NCBI GenBank assembly: GCA_965199335.1
Contig: CBDAQZ010000001.1
Coordinates: forward strand, 71,102 to 135,101
Reading direction: 5' to 3'
DNA length: 64,000 nucleotides
Source: Alphaproteobacteria bacterium
GTDB taxonomy: Bacteria > Pseudomonadota > Alphaproteobacteria > CALMVH01
The notes below the pieces were generated by a model. That model saw only the letters and a list, made by a program, of their open reading frames with translations, had not been told where the DNA came from and searched no databases. This document shows positions 58,323 through 64,000 of the stretch, one piece after another; positions within the stretch are counted from its first letter, which is position 1, and every line of letters begins with the position of its first letter. A program made the position numbers and the translations under genes.

Positions 58323-60719
58323 ATGACCAACAATGCGCCGGGCGGTCCGGGTATCGAAGCGCGGTGGACCTCGAGCGCCAAGGATGGCGTCGGGTCGGTT
58401 CTTTCCCCTAACAGCCGCGTCTGGTTCACGGTCAGCCACGGCATCCTGAACGAAATCTACTACCCGCGCGTCGACCAGGCCTGTACCCGCGATTGCGGCC
58501 TGATCATCACCGACGGCGAAACCATGTGGGACGAGAAGCGCGATCTCGATCACCATGTCGAGCTGATGGATCGCCTGGTCCCAGCCTATAATCTGACCAA
58601 TACAGCGCCCGACGGCAGCTTTCGCATCATCAAGAAGATCGTCACCGATCCTAAGCGCGACGTCGTGCTGCAGCGGATCAAGTTCGAGGATTTGAAGCCG
58701 GAGCTGGGTCGCAATTTCAAACTCTATGCCCTGCTGGCGCCCCATCTGGTGAACAAGGGCGCGGACAACACCGGCTGGCGCGGCGATTACAAGGGCATCC
58801 CGATGCTGTTCGCCACCGGCGGCTCCAGCGCGCTTGCCTTCGCGCCTTCGGTGCCCTGGCGGCGCATGTCGGTGGGCTATGTCGGCACTTCCGATGGCTA
58901 CCAGGATATCGCGCATCATAAACAGATGACCTGCGAGTACGAGCGCGCCACGCTGGGCAACATCGCCATGACCGGCGAGATCGACCTCGAATCCTGCGAC
59001 GGCGAGTTCACGCTGGCGATCGGCTTCGGCCGCGTGCCGGAGGAGGCGGGTCACCGCACCCGCGCCAGCCTGCACGACGGTTTCTACATGGCATTCGACG
59101 CCTATGCCGAAAGCTGGCGCAAATGGCACAAGGAGCTGGAGGTCCTGGACCGGACCGACAACAGCGTCACGCTCGACCCCTACCGGGTCTCGGCCTCGGT
59201 GATCCGGGCGCACGAAGCCACGGCGTTCACCGGCGGCTATATCGCCAGCCTGGCCATTCCCTGGGGGTTCTCCAAGGGCGACGACGATCTGGGCGGCTAC
59301 CATCTGGTCTGGCCGCGCGACCTGTGCGAAACGGCCGGCGCGCTGGCGGCGATGGGCGCAAAGGACGAGGTTCGCAACGTTCTGCTGTACCTGCAGACGG
59401 TGCAGGAATTCGACGGCCACTGGCCGCAGAACATGTGGCTGGACGGTTCGCCTTACTGGTCCGGGCTGCAGATGGACGAATGCGCCTTCCCGATCCTGAT
59501 CCTGGACATGGCCCATCGCCACAAGATGCTCAAGCCGGGCGATCTGGAGGATTTCCTGCCGATGGCGCTGAAGGCCGCCAGCTTCGTTGCCAGGTTCGGC
59601 CCGGTGACGGGCCAGGACCGCTGGGAGGAGGACGCCGGCTACTCGCCCTTCACCCTGGCGGTCGAGATCGCCGCGCTGGTCGCCGCCGCGGACCTCTTCC
59701 AGCAATGCGGATACGAGCGCGAGGCGCAGTACGTGCTGGAAACGGCCGATACCTGGAACGACCAGATTGAACGCTGGACTTATGCTTCGGGAACGGAACT
59801 GGCCAAATCGCTTAAGATCGACGGTTATTACGTCCGTATTTCACCTGTAGACGAATCCGATGCCGAATCGCCGGTCGACGGCTTCGTGGCGATCAAGAAC
59901 CGGCCGCCCGAGGATTATAACCAGCGCGCCTCGATGATCATCAGCCCGGATGCCCTGGCGTTGGTGCGCTTCGGCCTGCGCGGTGCAGACGACCAGCGGA
60001 TCAAGGATACGATCACGGCGATCGACCACCTGCTGAAGGTCGACCTGCCGCAGGGCCCGGGCTGGCGGCGCTACAATCTGGACGGCTACGGGGAGCATGC
60101 CGACGGCGGTGCCTTCAACGGCACCGGAATCGGGCGCGTCTGGCCGCTGCTCTCGGGCGAACGCGGTCACTACGAAGTGATGGCCGGAAACATGAAGAAT
60201 GCCCAGGAAATGCTTGAGATGATGGAGAAAAGCGCCAATAGCGGCGCCCTGCTGTCGGAGCAGGTATGGGACAGCGATGACATCCCGGACAAGGAACTGA
60301 TCCGCGGTCGGCCCACGGGATCGGCGATGCCGCTGGTTTGGGCCCATGGCGAATACGTCAAGCTGCTGCGTTCCATTCGCGATGGGAAGGTATTCGATCT
60401 GCCGCCCCAGACAGAAGAAAGATATATAAAACAAAAGACTGTAGGCACTTACTTCCAGTGGCGCTTTAACAACAAGCCGTCCAGTTTCCCAAAGGGCAAG
60501 AAGCTGCGGATCGAGGCGCTGGCTCCGTGCCGCGTACACTGGACCACCGACCGCTGGTCGACCCAGAAGGAAGCGGAAAGCCACGATACCGGCCTGGGCG
60601 TTTACGTCGCCGATCTTGACACGGCGGACCTGCCGTCCGGCGCGGTCGTGACCATCACCTTCTTCTGGCCGGAAGTGGACAAGTGGGAAGGAACCGATTT
60701 CGGCGTGCGGGTGGCTTAA
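58323..60719 (+). CDS. Glycoside hydrolase family 15 glucoamylase/glucodextranase
   Basis: 798 aa. N-terminal beta-sandwich plus an (alpha/alpha)6 catalytic domain (GYHLVWPRD, WEE). An AAGGAAG ribosome-binding site is present. The antisense ORFs are junk. Confidence 0.9.
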   Translation: MTNNAPGGPGIEARWTSSAKDGVGSVLSPNSRVWFTVSHGILNEIYYPRVDQACTRDCGLIITDGETMWDEKRDLDHHVELMDRLVPAYNLTNTAPDGSFRIIKKIVTDPKRDVVLQRIKFEDLKPELGRNFKLYALLAPHLVNKGADNTGWRGDYKGIPMLFATGGSSALAFAPSVPWRRMSVGYVGTSDGYQDIAHHKQMTCEYERATLGNIAMTGEIDLESCDGEFTLAIGFGRVPEEAGHRTRASLHDGFYMAFDAYAESWRKWHKELEVLDRTDNSVTLDPYRVSASVIRAHEATAFTGGYIASLAIPWGFSKGDDDLGGYHLVWPRDLCETAGALAAMGAKDEVRNVLLYLQTVQEFDGHWPQNMWLDGSPYWSGLQMDECAFPILILDMAHRHKMLKPGDLEDFLPMALKAASFVARFGPVTGQDRWEEDAGYSPFTLAVEIAALVAAADLFQQCGYEREAQYVLETADTWNDQIERWTYASGTELAKSLKIDGYYVRISPVDESDAESPVDGFVAIKNRPPEDYNQRASMIISPDALALVRFGLRGADDQRIKDTITAIDHLLKVDLPQGPGWRRYNLDGYGEHADGGAFNGTGIGRVWPLLSGERGHYEVMAGNMKNAQEMLEMMEKSANSGALLSEQVWDSDDIPDKELIRGRPTGSAMPLVWAHGEYVKLLRSIRDGKVFDLPPQTEERYIKQKTVGTYFQWRFNNKPSSFPKGKKLRIEALAPCRVHWTTDRWSTQKEAESHDTGLGVYVADLDTADLPSGAVVTITFFWPEVDKWEGTDFGVRVA

Positions 60720-60828
60720 ACTGCCACCTATCGACTTTTTAACCATGGCTTGCTACCACAACGGCAAGTTTTGAACCTTAGCTGTTTACCGGCGTTGTCA
60801 GTGACGTCGATTCCCAGGAGACCATAGT

Positions 60829-62922
60829 ATGAGCCAAGTGCAGACGCGTGATGAGGCCGGTGCCGAGCAGAGTTCGGCAGGAATCGAATCGCTGGCCATC
60901 AACACGATTCGCACTGTATCTATGGACGCGGTGGAAAAGGCCAAATCCGGCCATTTCGGTACGGCGATGGGCGCCGCTCCTGTCGTCTACGAGTTGTGGC
61001 AGAACCATTTGCGCTACGATCCGGCCGATCCGCTTTGGCCGAATCGCGACCGCTTCGTGCTGTCCGTCGGTCACGCATCGATGCTGCTGTACTCGATCCT
61101 TCACCTGACGGGCGTCAGGGAAGTCGATCACAAGGGACAGCTTACGGGTAACGAGGCCGTCTCGATCGAGGACATCAAGAAGTTCCGCCAGGTCGACAGC
61201 AAGTGTCCCGGGCACCCCGAATTCTACCTGACGTCGGGTGTCGAATCCACGACAGGTCCTCTGGGGCAGGGTGTCGCCAACAGCGTCGGCATGGCGATCG
61301 CGGCCAAGATTCAGGCCAACTATTTCAACAAACCCGGCTTCGAGCTGTTCAACTACGACGTCTACGCGCTGGCCGGCGACGGCTGCATGATGGAGGGCGT
61401 GAGCCAGGAAGCCGCCTCGCTGGCCGGCCACCTGCAGCTGTCCAACCTCTGCTGGATCTACGACAGCAACCACGTCACCATCGATGGCGACACCAAGATC
61501 AGCTTCAACGAAAACACGCTGGACCGCTTCAAGGCATATGGCTGGCACACGATCGAGGTGATGGATGCCAACGATATCGGGGCCATGCGTGAAGCGCTGA
61601 ACGAATTCAAGCGCACCGAAGGCAAGCCGACATTCATCCTGGTGCACAGCATCATCGGCTATGGCGCGCCCAAGGCGCAGGGTACCAACGATGCGCACGG
61701 CGAAGGCATCACCCATGACGATCTGATCGCGGCAAAGAAGTCGTATGGCTGGCCGCTCGACAAGGAATTCTTCGTTCCCGACGAGGTGGTGCAGCATTTC
61801 GCCGGGGGCATCGGCCAGCGCGGCAAGCAGTTGCATGCCGCCTGGAGCCAACTGGCCTCACAATACGCTTCGGCCAACGGCGAACTGGCGACGCACCTGA
61901 TGCAGATGCAGAAGCGCGAGATGCCGGCGGGCTGGGACAAGGGCCTGCCTGTCTACGAGCCGGACGAAAAGGGCATCGCCACGCGTGAGTCGTCCGGCAA
62001 GGTGCTGGAAATCCTGGGCAACAACGTGCCGTGGCTGGTCGGTGGCGCCGCCGATCTGGTCAAGTCGACGAAGACCTTCCTCAAGGGGCAGGGCGCCATG
62101 TCGCCGACGGAAGTCGGCCGCAACATCAATTATGGCATCCGTGAACACGCCATGGGATCGGTCACCAACGGCCTTGCCGTGTCGGGCATGCGTGCGTTCG
62201 ATTCGACCTTCCTGATCTTCAGCGACTACATGCGCAATCCCATCCGCCTGTCGTCGCTGATGGAGATTCCGGTCATCCACATCTTCACGCACGATTCGAT
62301 CGGCGTGGGCGAGGACGGCCCGACCCATCAGCCGGTGGAGCAGATCGGCTCGCTGCGCATGATCCCGGGCATGATCGTGCTGCGTCCCGCGGATGCCAAC
62401 GAGGTGGTCGAGGGGTGGCGGGTGATCATGGCGCAGACGCATCATCCGGTGTGCCTGATCCTGTCGCGCCAGAACCTGCCCACGTTCGACCGCACCAAAT
62501 ATGCCGCTGCAAGCGGCATCGCCAAGGGCGCCTATGTGATGCGCGACAGCGAAGGCGGCGAACCGCAGGTGATCCTGATCGCAACCGGCAGCGAAGTGCA
62601 GCTGATCGTGAACGCGCAGAAGGAACTGGAAGCCAAGGGCATCCGTTCGCGTGTCGTATCGATGCCTTCATGGGAGCTGTTCGAGAAACAGGAGCAGGCC
62701 TATCGCGATTCGGTCTTGCCGCCGCATATCAGGGCGCGTGTATCGGTCGAACAGGCCTCCAACATGGGTTGGGAGCGCTGGGTCGGCATTGACGGCGCCA
62801 AGATCGGCATGCACACCTTCGGCGCCTCCGCGCCGCTGAAAGACCTGCTGACCAAATTCGGTTTCACCGCGGAAAAGATCGTCGAGGCAGCCGTCGATCA
62901 GGTTGCCAAGAACTCAAAGTAA
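60829..62922 (+). CDS. tkt: Transketolase
   Basis: SGHFGTAMGAAPV (TPP-binding), RDRFVLSVGHASMLLYSILHLTG. 697 aa. Confidence 0.95.
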   Translation: MSQVQTRDEAGAEQSSAGIESLAINTIRTVSMDAVEKAKSGHFGTAMGAAPVVYELWQNHLRYDPADPLWPNRDRFVLSVGHASMLLYSILHLTGVREVDHKGQLTGNEAVSIEDIKKFRQVDSKCPGHPEFYLTSGVESTTGPLGQGVANSVGMAIAAKIQANYFNKPGFELFNYDVYALAGDGCMMEGVSQEAASLAGHLQLSNLCWIYDSNHVTIDGDTKISFNENTLDRFKAYGWHTIEVMDANDIGAMREALNEFKRTEGKPTFILVHSIIGYGAPKAQGTNDAHGEGITHDDLIAAKKSYGWPLDKEFFVPDEVVQHFAGGIGQRGKQLHAAWSQLASQYASANGELATHLMQMQKREMPAGWDKGLPVYEPDEKGIATRESSGKVLEILGNNVPWLVGGAADLVKSTKTFLKGQGAMSPTEVGRNINYGIREHAMGSVTNGLAVSGMRAFDSTFLIFSDYMRNPIRLSSLMEIPVIHIFTHDSIGVGEDGPTHQPVEQIGSLRMIPGMIVLRPADANEVVEGWRVIMAQTHHPVCLILSRQNLPTFDRTKYAAASGIAKGAYVMRDSEGGEPQVILIATGSEVQLIVNAQKELEAKGIRSRVVSMPSWELFEKQEQAYRDSVLPPHIRARVSVEQASNMGWERWVGIDGAKIGMHTFGASAPLKDLLTKFGFTAEKIVEAAVDQVAKNSK

Positions 62923-62931
62923 GGGGCTCAC

Positions 62932-64000
62932 ATGACCACGAACACCGCCACGGCCGCAAAGCCGGATGCATCGCCGGGTAACTCTAAAGGGGGCAACCCG
63001 CTGAAGCAGCTCGAGCTGTTCGGCCAATCCCCCTGGCTGGACAACGTCAACCGCGCCGACCTGTCCAAGGGCGTGATCGAGAAGATGGTGTCGGAGGACG
63101 GGCTCAAGGGCGTGACCTCCAACCCCGCGATCTTCGAAAAGGCGATGGGCGGCTCGGACGTCTACGACGAGCAGCTGAAATCCATCCTCGGCAAGCACGG
63201 CACCTCGGCTGGCGACCTGTACGAGGAAATGGCGATCCAGGACATCCGCAACGTCGCCGACAAGCTGAAGGGCGTGTACAAGGACAGCGGCAAGGTCGAC
63301 GGCTATGTCAGCCTGGAAGTATCGCCGTACCTTGCCAACGACACCGACGGCACGCTGTTCGAAGCCCGCCGCCTGTGGAAGACGGTCGAGCGCGAGAACC
63401 TGATGGTCAAGGTTCCGGCAACCCAAGCCGGCATCCCGGCGATCCAGACGCTGATCGGCGAAGGCATCAACATCAACGTCACGCTGCTGTTCAGCCAGGA
63501 CGCCTACCGCCAGGTGGCCGAAGCCTATATCGCCGGCATCGAAAAGCTGGCTGCCAGCGGCGGCGACGTGTCGAAGGTGGCCAGCGTCGCCAGCTTCTTC
63601 GTCAGCCGTATCGACACGCTGGTCGACGCGCAGCTGGACGAGAAGGCGAAGTCGGGCGGCGACGCCGCTTTGTGCGAAAGCCTGAAGGGCAAGGTCGCCA
63701 TCGCCAATGCGCGGCTGGCCTATCAGCTGTACAAGAAGCTGTTCTCCGGCGCCAAATGGGAAGCGCTCAAGGCCAAGGGCGCGCATCCGCAGCGCCTGCT
63801 GTGGGCCTCGACCTCGATGAAGAACAAGGCGTTCAGCGACGTGCTGTATGTCGAGGAACTGATCGGGCCCGAGACGGTCGATACCATCCCGCCCGCGACC
63901 ATGGATGCCTTCCGCGATCACGGCAAGCCGCGCGCCAGCCTCGAGGAAAACCTCGACGCGGCGCAGCGCACGATGGACGATTTGAAGAAGTCCGGCGTGT
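62932..64000 (+). CDS. tal: Transaldolase (N-terminal part; likely the bifunctional Tal-Pgi of Acetobacteraceae), partial at the window end
   Basis: NPLKQLELFGQSPWLDNVNR...VTSNPAIFEKA...MVKVPAT. An AAGGGG ribosome-binding site lies 5 nt upstream. Confidence 0.9.
   Translation, partial: MTTNTATAAKPDASPGNSKGGNPLKQLELFGQSPWLDNVNRADLSKGVIEKMVSEDGLKGVTSNPAIFEKAMGGSDVYDEQLKSILGKHGTSAGDLYEEMAIQDIRNVADKLKGVYKDSGKVDGYVSLEVSPYLANDTDGTLFEARRLWKTVERENLMVKVPATQAGIPAIQTLIGEGININVTLLFSQDAYRQVAEAYIAGIEKLAASGGDVSKVASVASFFVSRIDTLVDAQLDEKAKSGGDAALCESLKGKVAIANARLAYQLYKKLFSGAKWEALKAKGAHPQRLLWASTSMKNKAFSDVLYVEELIGPETVDTIPPATMDAFRDHGKPRASLEENLDAAQRTMDDLKKSGV

Noticed and set aside
58299-59705. 468-aa, 301-aa and 335-aa minus-strand ORFs antisense to the glucoamylase, tkt and tal genes
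   Set aside because: Antisense artefacts within well-supported plus-strand genes.

Overview
This is a high-GC (about 62-65%) alphaproteobacterial chromosomal window, probably Acetobacteraceae/Rhodospirillales-like, and it is densely coding. Most long ORFs that lie antisense to the genes called here are GC-driven artefacts. Housekeeping content is gatB, a split pur cluster (purL, purQ, purC, purS), grxD-bolA, pyrE-nadK, glyQ-glyS, ygfZ, ispB, tRNA-Pro(CGG), apt, phoH, gntK, tkt and tal. Accessory content is more varied. It includes a type Va autotransporter next to a large secreted PPC-repeat protein, a 1.7 kb low-GC island between gatB and rlpA, and an ArsR-regulated cystathionine-lyase-family operon divergent from a desaturase. 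It also includes a CHASE3-GGDEF cyclase, an LPS-core cluster (GT9, GT2, WaaL-like), and a copper-delivery cluster carrying a frameshifted outer-membrane gene. The most unusual observations are: (1) a 72-codon in-frame remnant of homodimeric-type dihydroorotase (pyrC) that is translationally coupled between the WaaL-like gene and pyrE; (2) a 135-bp MITE-like palindromic element inserted in-frame inside ygfZ, with a sister copy forming a terminator between ygfZ and glyS; (3) a roughly 450-bp low-GC patch inside the 3' end of glyS; (4) a CDF transporter whose only full-length start is an ATC codon behind a good Shine-Dalgarno. No CRISPR array, integrase or prophage was seen.
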